Part shown: piece by piece, positions 12,456-24,700 of the stretch
How positions within the stretch are numbered: the first letter of the stretch is position 1
Layout: every line of letters begins with the position of its first letter
Assembly (NCBI RefSeq): GCF_006345805.1
Contig: NC_042997.1
Coordinates: 87,358,001-87,422,000 of the forward strand
DNA from: Octopus sinensis
Taxonomy: Eukaryota
DNA length: 64,000 nucleotides
Direction of reading: 5' to 3'
Position numbers and translations under genes: made by a program
Notes under the pieces: model-generated
Told to the model about the DNA's origin: nothing
Database searches by the model: none
What the model saw: the letters and a program-made list of their open reading frames with translations, nothing else

Positions 12456-13264
12456 GTTTAAGCAATGCCATGTCACTACTTATTTCTTATTCTCTAGAAT
12501 ATGCAGCTTTTGTGCTGGTAAAATAAGTTTTGTTTTATAAATTAAAAGAGAAACATCTGTGATCATAGTTTTTGTAGCCCTTCCTATATGGCACATCAAT
12601 GAAAGTGATATCTAGTTTTAATTTCTGTAAGTTAATATCACATGATCAACTAGATTATCAGATGTTGTTACACATTGCTGGTCACAATACATTTTGCATT
12701 GTTTCAGCCTTCGTAACTGAATATATAAAGGTAAAAATAGAAAGCATATGGGAATTCCAGAAGGTGGTAAATGTGATGTCACAACCGAGAAGAATCTTTA
12801 AAGGGTGTTTTTATCCCATCATTTTAAAAATTATTTCATTCTTTCTTGTTGACATATTCCAACACTGTTATTCTCTTCTTTTTTTTTTTTAATTATTACA
12901 GTTGTACTTCACTATTCTTAATTTCTCAAAATCTGCACAAATTCTCAATATTTATTAACTTCATATTGTTTATAGTTCAAACATATTTGCTTATTTAGCT
13001 TATGTTACATTTAGAATACAATAGTGTTATTGGTTATAGGTTTCTAATGATCAATTATTTGTCCACATTTCTGACAGTAAGACTGACAAGGAAGTGTTGA
13101 CGCAACTTAAAGCAAATACCTCACAGTGTATTTTTATTCAAAAGCATTGGTGTTTCAGTTTACCTCATGATGTATATAACCATGCACACACACACACACA
13201 TATGCTTGCACACACACACACAAACAAGGTGGGGAACTGATAGAGTTGTAAGAGTGTTGGATAG

Positions 13265-13563
13265 GTTACTTTGAGCTTCCAGTTGATCCGATCAATGGAA
13301 CAGCCTGCTCATGAAATTAACATGCAGGTAGCTGAGCATTCCACAGACATGTGTACCCTTAATGTAGTTCTCAGGGAGATTCAGCATGACACAAAATGTG
13401 ACAAAGCTGGCCCTTTGAATTACAGGTACTACTCATTTTTACCAGCTGAGTGAACTGGAGCAGTGTGAAATAAAGCTTTGGAATACAATGTGCTGTTGGC
13501 TTTTGAACTCATGACCATATGGTCGTGAGCAGAACACCCCTAACCACTAAGCCACGTGCCTTC
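13265..13563 (-). mobile_element. tRNA-derived SINE (GAAGGCACGTGGCTTAGTGGTTAGG head)
   Basis: A and B boxes present. Related copy at 34235-34545 (+). Confidence 0.8.
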
Positions 13564-13961
13564 CCTGAATTCATTTACTGCTAAAATCAATAAATGAAAT
13601 ACCAGTCTTGCACTGAAGTTGATTCTTCTCTTTCTGGAAGAATTTAGCTGTCATCAGACCCGGAGAGGGATGGGCTCAGCCAGATCTAAAAACTACCCAA
13701 AACTACTTGGTTATGAAACATCTTTGATGTTCCAACCATGATCATTCCGTCTTTTTCTCAAATGTAGTGTATTTTGGACTACATTATCTAATGTGACCTT
13801 TCTTTTTTTTTTTTTAAGATGGTTAGGCACGATTTGCTGGAACTTGGTTGCTATCCTTAGCTAGTCAAGTAATCATAGTTGCAGCAGGTTCCAGTCTGTT
13901 TTGGCCTGGTGTCTACAGCTGGATGCCCTTCCAAATGCCAGCCACTTTACAGAGTGTACTA

Positions 13962-14091
13962 GGTGCTTTTTATGTGACACCGTCACCTGTACTTTTTATG
14001 TGGCACCAGCACCAGTGCATTTTATGTGACACTGTCATCAGTGCTTTTTATGTGGTACCATCACCAGTACTTTTTATGTACCACCAGCACC
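13962..14091. repeat. Five tandem 26-bp units (consensus agtgctttttatgtggcaccagcacc)
   Basis: Five contiguous diverged copies without spacers. The unit derives from the RTE-tail repeat family. Confidence 0.85.
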
Positions 14092-14100
14092 ATTGTTTAA

Positions 14101-14321
14101 CCCTTTCGTTACTGTATTTATTTTGAGATGCTCTGGATTTCTTTAAAATAATTTTAAATATAACAAAGAATTTAGTAAAATAACTTAGTTATCATTCAGC
14201 TAGTTTTAGGTACATAAATTGTGACTAAGGTTTGGTGGAAGATTTTGATTCAAAACTTATGAAAACAAAACATTTGTACTCAGAGCCAGAGCCGGTTTCA
14301 GCTGGGTTGGTAACGAAAGGG
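14101..14321. mobile_element. piggyBac-like MITE
   Basis: TTAA|CCCTTTCGTTAC...GTAACGAAAGGG|TTAA. Confidence 0.85.
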
Positions 14322-15284
14322 TTAATATAGTCTTCTTTATCTATGACAGTTGAGTGTGATAGTAAGGAAGACTTGGCTACTATTTTTAATGAGCTGAGCT
14401 ACTGTGTAGAGGCTCTTTTGTTGGCTTGCGATTATGAAGCTGATGAGGATGATGGTGGTAGCTAATGTTAGTGATGATGAGGGTGGTGGTGGTGGTGATG
14501 ATGACGATGACAATGATGATGACGATAATGACGGCGTTGATGATGCTGATGATGATGATGAAAAATGATAATGGTGGTTGTTGTTGGTTATAATGATGAG
14601 TTGACAACAATAACATGTAATATACTATCCAATATGATATTTTTTGTAGCAACTGTAAAACATAAGGTAATTGTAAAAGAGAGACAATTTGTAAAAAGAG
14701 AGACATTTTGGAAGTAAATGAAAAATAAAGCACAAAAGTAATAAAAACAAAATAAAATAGCAAATATATTAAAATATGTTAATAGCTTTATTATTGAAGT
14801 ATTTAACATGAACACATTGACTTTGCAAACATTTTTTTTCCCAAGAAGTTTCCCTGTTTGATAATAATTTCTCTATGTTCAACTTAGGATACCTTGCTCC
14901 AGAATCTGTGAAGAAGTAAAATATTGTAAGAAGTATAAGACAAATGTTTAAGATATCTGGAGTGAGAGTGATTAGTTTCTCATTTTCACCTACAGAGGGG
15001 AAAAAGTCTAATAGCTATTATTCTGTGTAGGCTTCTTTAGAGGTTTTATAAGGATAACTTGGTGAGGTTAGAATGGATAATGTTTAGCTTAAATTTTCAC
15101 AAATAAATTGTTAGATGAAGAGTATTCATATTTTGTGTGTAAGAGAAATATACAGAAGAATGATTGAGAGAGTTATTTAATATAAGATGAAGAAAGCACA
15201 AGTATTAGAGGTGAGAGAAAGATATAAAGCTGATTCAGTGAATAAGTATAGGTATAAGAAAGTTTTTATTTCTCATAGATACAT

Positions 15285-15875
15285 GGGTGTAGGTGTGGCA
15301 GTGTGGTAAGAAGTTTACTTCCCAACCACGTGGTTCTAAGTTCAGCCCCTTTGTATGGAACCTAGCCTTGTAAGTGTATTTGGTAGATAGAAACTGAAAG
15401 AAGCCCATTGTACATACAGAGTCTGCCAAAAAAATATATACACACTTCAGGAAAGGAAAATCTGTATAAATATTTTAATTCAGTGTTATTGTAATTTATT
15501 CAGTGATTGCAATTTGATAAAATATTGAAAGAGATGTCTATATTCATAGAGGTATTAACACAAGTTAAATATTTATACAGATTTTTTCTTTCCTGAAGTG
15601 TGTTTACAATTTTTTTATGGACTATGTATATATGTGTGTGTGTGTATGTTTGTGTATGTATTTGTGTGTTTGTCCCCAACAACCACTTGAGAGCAAGAGT
15701 TGGTTTGCTTATGTCGTTGTGATTTAGTGGTTCAGCAAAAGATACCAACAGAATAAATAGTAGACTTGAAAAAAAAAAAAAGAAAACAGTCCTAGTGTCG
15801 ATTTGTTCAAATGAAACCCTTCAATGATGTGCCCCAGCATGGCCTCAGTCCAAAGATTGAAAGAAGTAAAAGAGT
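15285..15875 (+). mobile_element. CORE-type tRNA-derived SINE with nested mariner-like MITE
   Basis: Head GGTGTGGCAGTGTGGTAAGAAG, internal (TG)n and tail GAAAGAAGTAAAAGAGTA. The MITE sits at 15417-15626. Confidence 0.8.
15417..15626. mobile_element. Tc1/mariner-like MITE
   Basis: TA-flanked, roughly 60-bp imperfect TIRs (cacacttcaggaaaggaaaatctgtataaatattt / aaatatttatacagattttttctttcctgaagtgtg). Confidence 0.8.
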
Positions 15876-16204
15876 AATATTATGACTAATATTTGTCTTC
15901 CATGCTATAATTATTTTAGTTTCACCAGTCACAGATCAAATCATTTGCCTGACAAGAACATTCCTGAAATAAATGAAGATGGACTCTCACAATAATTTCA
16001 ACATAGGAACATCAGAAATAGTACTAAGTTTTTAAATGGTTATATAAAAACATTCTGAGGAATAATCAGAAGTGGGGAACCTTTTTGATTCCAGAAAATC
16101 TAGGTGTGGTAAACAATAAACAAGGAGAAAGATTCTAGCAAGATATTCATACACTGGTAATACAATAACAGGAATTTGGGAATAAAGGCATGGTTAATTG
16201 TTAT

Positions 16205-16680
16205 TTTACTCTTTTACTCTTATACTTGTTTCAGTCATTTGACTGCGGCCATGCTGGAGCACCACCTTTAATTGAGCAAATCAACTCCAGGACTTATTCT
16301 TTGTAAGCCTAGTACTTATTCTATCGGTCTCTTTTGCCGAACTGCTAAGGTACAGGGACATAAACACACCACCATCGGTTGTCAAGCGATATTGGGGGGG
16401 GGGCAAACACAGACACACAAACATATATACACACACATACATATATATACATATATACGACGGGCTTCTTTCAGTTTCCGTCTTACCAAATCCACTCACA
16501 AGGCTTTGGTTGGCCTGAGGCTACAGTAGAAGACACTTGCCTAAGGTGCCACACAGTGGGAATGAACCCGGAACCATGTGGTTGGTAAGCAAGCTACTTA
16601 CCACACAGCCACTCCTGTACCTATACTTACCACAGCCACTCCTGCACCTATACTTACCACACAGCCACTCCTGCACCTAT
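16205..16680 (-). mobile_element. Full-length CORE-type tRNA-derived SINE, 5' end triplicated
   Basis: Closely similar copies at 23900-24300(-), 40605-40992(-), 17085-17730(-), 51085-51495(+) and 53383-53660(+); partial copies at 5033, 35900, 37780 and 47790. CCTTGGGCAAGT CORE-like motif in family members. Confidence 0.88.
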
Positions 16681-16769
16681 TGGATGATATATTATGACAG
16701 TCTAGACCAAGCTTATAAGAGAAAATCATATTCTTAATGCTTTAAAAACTTGTATAATATATTCATCAA

Positions 16770-16952
16770 TCCTTTAGCATTTAAACCAGTCAGATCTGGA
16801 TTCCTACATCTACCCTACTATGTCATTCTAAAAATAAACAATCACATCAGCAAAATCTCTAAGCTACAAGATTATGTATGATTAATTTAAAACAATATGA
16901 ATGAATAGCTATTAAATTTGACAGTTGACAGAAAGATTTGAATGCTAAAGGG
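16770..16952. mobile_element. piggyBac-like MITE
   Basis: CCTTTAGCATT...AATGCTAAAGGG|TTAA. Same family at 25487-25701 and 44360-44563. Confidence 0.8.
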
Positions 16953-16981
16953 TTAAATACATGTGTGTGTGTGTGTGTGTG

Positions 16982-17071
<90 letters not shown>

Positions 17072-17315
17072 CAGATAAACAATATCTTTTATCTTTTACT
17101 TGTTTCAATCATTTGATTACATGCTGGGGCACTGCCTTGAAAGGTCTTAAATGAACAAATCAACCTCATTTTTTGTAACCCTAGTACTTATTCTATCAGT
17201 CTCTTTTGCCAAACTGCTAAGTTACAGAGATGTAAGCACACCATCACTGGTTGTCAAGCAGAGGTGGAGGACAAATACAGACACAAAGATACACACACAT
17301 AGATATATACATATA

Positions 17316-17413
<98 letters not shown>

Positions 17414-17462
17414 GCTCATACATACATACATACTTACATACATACATACATACATATATATA

Positions 17463-17531
<69 letters not shown>

Positions 17532-17859
17532 GCTCATACATACATACATACTTACATACATACATACATACATACATACAACAGGCTTCTTTCAGTTTCT
17601 GACTACCAAATCCACTTGGTTAGCCTGAGGTTATAGTAGAAGACACTCGCCCAAGGTACCATGCAGTGGTACTGAATCCAGAACCATGGAGTTGAGAAAC
17701 AAACTTCTTACCACAGAGCCATGCATCTACATGTCTGTGTGTGTGTGTGTGTGTGTGTATAGATATAGTATATACTATATATATGTGTGTGTATACACAC
17801 ACACAATGATGAACTCTCCCGTTAGTTTTGACATATGAGGCTCTGAATAGCTACACCTT

Positions 17860-18260
17860 CTTTGTTAGTTAAATGCTTATGTAGAATATGATATTTGAAT
17901 CCTGCTAATGATTTGCAAAGAAACCTGCAGATGTTGCAAGTATGAGGATTACAGGTCAGTGCAAACAGTATATTTGCAGCTGCTTTTCTCCTTTGCCTTG
18001 CACCCCTTAGCCTGTTAATACTGGTTGAAACAAGATGATCTCCATTTCGCTCACTCCAAGGCTGTTTGCTCAAAGGTGTTGTGAGCTATATTGACTGCCA
18101 AGAGGTTACTCTTCAGTTTGTCTTTACATCCGAACCATGGTTAGTCAACATTCCTGTACCCACTATCAAACTGGCTGTACATGAGGACTTTAGGTATTCT
18201 TTCATCCTTCATTTCGATGATGTGACCAGTCCAGCACAATTGTGACTGCATATATAACAC
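17860..18260 (-). mobile_element. RTE-clade LINE 3' fragment with C-terminal zinc finger
   Basis: Minus strand reads QLCWTGHIIEMKDERIPKVLMY... and CNICRFLCKSLAGFKYHILHKH (CxxC...HxxxH). Confidence 0.75.
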
Positions 18261-18450
18261 ATATGAATATATATATTAAGGCACAAAAAACAGTGCAACC
18301 ATTAATTATATCCTGAAATACACATTGAATTTCATAAAGTGAATTAGCATTTTTATAATATATCAGAAATTAGAGAGTATTTTCTTACAAGGAAAATCTA
18401 TGCATAAATAGAAACATAAAACTACCTTATTATTTGATAATAAAGATGAT

Positions 18451-18726
18451 TTAGTTGGGTTCTTCAGTGTTTCTACTTCCAAATAGAGCTGTTTTGCTAA
18501 ACTCTTCAACAGCAAACTCTTCTGTTCTAAAACATTTCCATTTGAGCAAAGAATTATCAGGTTTCAATATTGGAGCATATAAGTGGCATATATATGCTTC
18601 ATTCATCTTATGAGCCAATGAGATACCAAAATGCACACGGTTAGCATTTAAGGATGAAGTGTCATTCAAAGCTCGAGATATGTTGTATGCCTTGTTGAAG
18701 TACTCAACAGCATGAGAATGCATACA
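18451..18726 (-). CDS. TTC29: TTC29 last coding exon (8)
   Basis: ttttcag|TGT ATG CAT...[14 protein letters not shown]...[12 protein letters not shown]...TAA. Confidence 0.92.
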   Translation of the reverse strand, partial: CMHSHAVEYFNKAYNISRALNDTSSLNANRVHFGISLAHKMNEAYICHLYAPILKPDNSLLKWKCFRTEEFAVEEFSKTALFGSRNTEEPN

Positions 18727-21700
18727 CTGAAAAGGAAAAAAAATCAATCAAATCATATTATCCAGTTAATGTATGAGAATGGACAAAACTTAGAAGTTGT
18801 TGAAAGAATTGTAGTAAATACTAATCATTCATCATCTACCATCTCTATCAATTTTCACCAAACTATTCCTGGGAAGGTCCTCAGGCATCTCCTCCATAGG
18901 GTCCTATTAGAAGCGACTATCATTAGATTTTTCTGGTTGGATTCCCAAGAATGATCAACTGAGACTATGGATATTATCCAACGTCTATTACCTGTGTATG
19001 TGAATAGATAGCTTTGTTGTGAAAACTACTCATAAATTTTCTCACATCTCATCTAAGTATGTGAACAAACAAAATTACAATTTGTCAGAAGCAATGTAGT
19101 GAGTATTATTCATGAACACTGACTATTCAATGCTCAACAAAGTAAGCTAATTTAACTCCACAATACACCTACACTTTTCACATACCTATTAATTACATTC
19201 TACACAAACATAACAAAGCCTAATATATAACATATATACAATATCCTTTTGAAGTATGTAGAATGAAAGATTTTTAGCAAAGAATGGAAATCAAGCCATG
19301 ACACGTACCCCTTACAAATACTAAGTACAGATTTCTCCCATGGGTACAAAGCCATGAATTTGTAGGGGAAGTGTGTAGTTGATCGAACTGTGCCCGTTAT
19401 TTTGCAGGACTTTAGGGGAGTGGATTGGTAGAAATGTTAAAGTGCTAGACAAAATACCATTCTGACTGTTTATGTTCTGAGTTCAAATCCCACTGATGTC
19501 AACTTTACCTTTCATCCCACTGAGGTCAATAAAATAAAAAGTGTTGGGGTTGATGGTACAGACTTCTCCCTTCGCCCCCCCCCAATAAAACCGCTGGCTT
19601 TGTGTCGAAATCAGAAAACATTATTTTATAGGAATTTATTTAATCAGTCTAATATATGCATAGTATTTATTTTGTCAATTTTGGAAGAATGAAAGAAAAA
19701 AATGTAACACTGAAAGATTTGAAACTAAAAACATTGAGAAATAAAGCATGGTCATGTATTTGGCATGGTATATTGCTGTCATGTATTTAGCATGGTATAT
19801 TGCATAAGGCCAGTGATTTTGTGAGAGAGGATAAGTCGATTACATTAACTCCAGTACTCAACTGCATTTGAACTTAGAACGTAAAGATGAATAAAATGCT
19901 GTTAAGCCTGCTAACAATTCTACCAGCTCATCGTCTTAAAGCCCAACCTAATATTGATAATATAGCATTTAAGTGTTAACTGATATAAGACAATAAAGTT
20001 TATTTAAATGCTTAATATTTCTTTTTTCTATGTTAGAATGGATGGATTATTTTTTTGGAAATAACTAACATTAGGTATATATAAATACTTGTTGTCACAA
20101 TATACCATACCTATTGCTAATGAAGTAAGTGGTTAAACAAGAGAGGCAAAAGAAAATATCTATCTTAGGTAATTAGTATAAGAAGTATACAATGCAAAGC
20201 TATAACAAGATAATAACTTGTGACATGACCAACAGACCTGTCAGTTATCATAAGGGTAAAGACTCCCTTCAGTCATGAATGACCATGGAATTGCACCAAG
20301 AAAGTTCCACTCCAAAGCACAAGTTTGGGCAAAGTTGTCTATGGAAGACCAGCAGTTGCTCATGCATATCAGCCTCCCCTTTCCACACCACTGATGTCAT
20401 CCAGAGGAAAAGCAAAGGCTGATATAGTTTGGCATCGATGATGTTGCAACTCATTTCTACAGGTGAGTGAACTGGAACATTGTGAAATAAAGTGTCTTGC
20501 TTAAGAATACAACACAGCCTGGTCCAGGAATCGAACTCACTACCTCATGATTGTGAGCCCGATGCTCTAACCACTGAGTCATGCACCTTCACTGTTATTG
20601 TACATTATTATTATTAGAGAATCTTCAGTTAGAATTTATGCATAAAGACAAATGTACACAGAAATCAGAAATACATGCAAATACTTAATGCAAACATCAT
20701 TAAGTAGATTATATAATGAAATATAGCTTACCAAAGAGTTGTATATACAACCTAAATGATGACAAGCATTACTGTAAGCTTTTTGTTGACCACTTTTTTC
20801 AGCATTGTCAACAGCAAATTTTAAATAATTGATGCATGCTTCAGTATTGCCTTTTCTGAAATAACATGATATCATTTTAAACATTACACTCATAAAATAA
20901 CTTCAAATGTTACTTAAATCAGGTGATTTTTGAAGGGCATTTGAAACCACTTCAAGATTTATATAAAGTTAGAATCAGATTTACAGTTAAAAAAACACTC
21001 AAGTAAATTAAACATAGTAGCAAAAAAAAAGAAAACAATATAACATTTGGACAAAATGAAGACAATGACAAAAGAGTGACTCTTGTTTCAGATAAATTAA
21101 GGATAATCATTAATCAGAAATGAATTACCATATTTTAAAGTATACAAAGCAATGTAGTATATAATGTAAATGTGCTGGTGGAATGTAAAAAGCATCCATT
21201 ACACTCTTAGAGTGGTTGGCTTTAGGAAGGGCATCCAGCCATAGAAATCATGCCAAACCATACTGGAACTCTGTGGAGCTTTCCAGCTCCAGTCAATCTG
21301 TCTAACTCATGCCAGCATAGAAAGCAGATGCTAAATGATGACAATGATGATGATGATGATGATGATGACAATGTAGTGTAAGGATTCAAACATCAACACT
21401 GTCTTTCCAAATCTAGCTGCATTTCACAAAGAAATTTTGGTCCTCCAAAGTTGTCTTGGTATATAAGTTGAACTACTTTTGTGGCTGTAAAAAATTAGAC
21501 TTCTATACTGGGAAATATGGTAAGAAAATATGCTAATGCCAATCTGCTAATTTAGAAGTATATTCTTAATTCAGTACATTTTTGTGTTTGTAGACAATGA
21601 AATATAATTTGATGATAAATAATTTCAATCAAAATCTTAGATGATTTTTGTTGAACCAATGAACAGAGTTAAATTACAGCAATAATTGAACAGCTAATAT

Positions 21701-24700
21701 GTCTAGTGCTGTACAGAAACCAATGAAGATGTAACAAACTATCATTTCTGTTGTTTAACATGCATTTTCTCCAGCTGGCACAGATTAGATGGTAGGTAGT
21801 AAAGAATGCTGCCCCTGTGTCATTCACTGAAGCTCAATATCCCGAGACTTTACCCACCTCATTACATTTTCTTAGCTTTTCTTTGCTACATGTATCTCAC
21901 CAAATGGGCATACATCAATTTTTCATCCAATAAGTGTTGTCCATTTGCATGGGAACACAGCTGACATCATTAATAGTCCTCCAAAGTTGCTTCTTTTTTC
22001 TGTTAGCTTGATACTCTGCATTTTCTTTTCCATTCATATAAATTGCTATTGTATATCTAACATTGTAGTTGTGGCAGATACCGGTGTCATGCAACTGGCA
22101 TCTGTGCTGGTGGCATGTAAAAGCACTCATTGCACTCTTGGAATGGTTGGTATTAGGAAGGGCATCCAGCCATAGAAACCATGCCAAATCAGACTGGAGT
22201 CTGGTGCAGCCCCTCTGCTTACCAGCCCTGGTCAAACTGTCTGACCTATGCCAGTATGGACAATGGACATTAAATGATGATGATGATAATGATGATGTAT
22301 ATTTATTAATAAACTGATAAATTAAAAATGTATTTTACAATGTGACTTTAGCATCAGCTTATAGTTACAATCCTTTTATGATCATTTCTTTGTAAAGAGC
22401 TAACTAATATTATAACAACCAATTAAGAGCCTAAGTTATGCTTCAAGGATATTTGGACAATATTTATTAGATATTTCATTAAATATCTAATGATATATGT
22501 GTATATGTTAAAGTATATAAATTTCTTGTATGGCTTCTTCATGTGTCTCCCACTTGTTTACTCCAATATAGTTTTCCCAAATTTGCTGCTGGAATAATTA
22601 GTTATTTGTGTTCTACTCAAGACAATCATTTCAATGAAAGAAAATATTTGTTAGTCTCAAGGGTCGATTGGAATAAATAAGATATTGAACCAGCAACACA
22701 GAAATCTCTAGTTCAAGCTTGCTACATGAATCTTGATGTCAAAGAATTTATTCCTTAGTCTAGTCTTCATTCCATTGTATTTCATTGTGTTTGTACTATT
22801 ATTTTATGCCTAATTCTATTCTTTATTCCTCCATATTTTCTTCTGTTCTTTATTCTATTTGCTCTTTTCTGGGCTTTATTCTAATGAACTTCATCTAACT
22901 GTTGTTAACTGACACTATAACTCCAGAGAATGTTACCAGTAATAAACTGGTGTCCTATTCTGAGGCAATTCAGCTTTCCCTGCTTAACATTACTGAATCC
23001 ACAACTAAACTCTAACTTTATGAATACCTTTGCTTATAGAAACATTTATCACTATCAATAGCATATAAAGCAATGAATTCTTACAATTGATAAGCCCGAG
23101 CGATAGCCTCTGCAGCTCGTCCCATTCCTTCAATGTCCTCATAACGCTCAGTTACATCTAAGAATTCTTTCAAGCGCTGTGAAGAAAAAAGAAAATAAAC
23201 AAAAAGATATCTATCAAATAAATAAATACATGTATTTGACCTAATTATACTAATGATTAAAAATAGGTTTAAAAGAAATTTTATTCCTGATGGATTAATA
23301 AACCAAAAGGGCAGACGTCCAGGATAGGCTGCCCACATAAATTAAAATTTCTTTGTTTTGACAGGGTTTTTTCTGGAGAGGGGTGGAGTTTAAAAGAAAC
23401 CATTTCTTGAAAAAATCTTTTTTGTTAAAAAGATGCTTCAGATCATTTCCAAGAACACTGTGAAAAGTTCCTGTCAAAACAGAGAAATTCCAATTTATGT
23501 GGGTGACCTAACCCAGACGTCAGCCACCAAAAGTTATTTTATCAGTGGAATTATATTTACCAAGTTTTGTTTTAACTAAATTTGATTTTTTTCTCTCTGT
23601 AATAATGATTTCTCACATTAACATAAATTAAGTGGATCCTAGTATGTGCCTAGTAGTTGTTTTTATCACTCTTTTCAGGACTGATAAAAGAAACACTAGA
23701 AGTTCTTAAAATAATGAGTCAATTGTACTCCAGAGGGATGGATTGTTAGAATGCCAAGGAATCAACAGTTTATATTCAGTTATTATACTATGTCTTTGTC
23801 AAACAGTGTTTAATGGAACCTAAAGAAGTAAAATGAAGTTAAATTTACTACTATAAGTAACAAAGACACTGTAAAACTGACAAGTTTGTTAGCTTCTCTC
23901 TTTTCTCTTTTACTTGTTTCGGTTGTTTAACTGCAGCCATGCTGGAGCACCGCCTTTAGTTGAGCAAATCGACTCAGGCCTTATTCTTTGTAAGCCTAGT
24001 ACTTATTCTATCGGTCTCTTTTGCTGAACTGCTAAGTTACAGGGACATAAACACACCACCATCGGTTGTCAAACGATATTGGGGGGGGGGGACAAACACA
24101 GACACACAAACATATACACACACATACATATATATACATATATACAACGGGCTTCTTTCAGTTTCCGTCTACCAAATCCACTCACAAGGCTTTGTGCAGC
24201 CTGAGGCTATAGTAGAAGACACTTGCCCAAGGTGCCACGCAGTGGGAATGAACCTGGAACCATGTGGTTGGTAAGCAAGCTACTTACCACACAGCCACTC
24301 TACACTGAAATGTTTCAATAAATCTGCTGCAAACTTGGGTCCTGTTTGTCATTCAGGAGTGTCATTCATCCACTGACTACCTTGGGATAAATTCCAGCAC
24401 ACAGTGATACCTTTCAGTATGTTCAAGGTTAATGTATAAGAAGAGATATAAAATATTCATTCAAAGCTTCGAAACAAAATTGGTAGTATTAAGCTTACTT
24501 TGAACTGTTTCCACCTAAAACCCTTTGATACACTCATACCAATTAACGTTTTGCTTCCTATTTTGCTCTTCACTAAAGTACTTGTTTTAACGAGTTCAGA
24601 GGATTGGAAACATAAATCAAGTGAGGTGTTATTAGGATTCAGAATTGTCAAGTCTGAAGCCATGTATACCATAAAGAATCCAGTATTAGGGCAACCACTT

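Noticed and set aside
13962-14091. CRISPR-like array
   Set aside because: Contiguous diverged units with no unique spacers, no cas genes, and eukaryotic context.
14386-14815. Hydrophobic poly-Ile/His ORFs (also 32612-32954)
   Set aside because: Derived from (GAT)n trinucleotide repeats and AT-rich DNA.
14888-14915. GYLAPE as protein kinase subdomain VIII
   Set aside because: No HRD, DFG or DxWSxG exons found nearby; the six-residue match is probably chance.
16272-16737. Recurrent ORFs such as QIHSQGF...[12 protein letters not shown] (also 23960, 47707, 51144, 53378)
   Set aside because: Antisense translations of the same SINE family, not a gene family.
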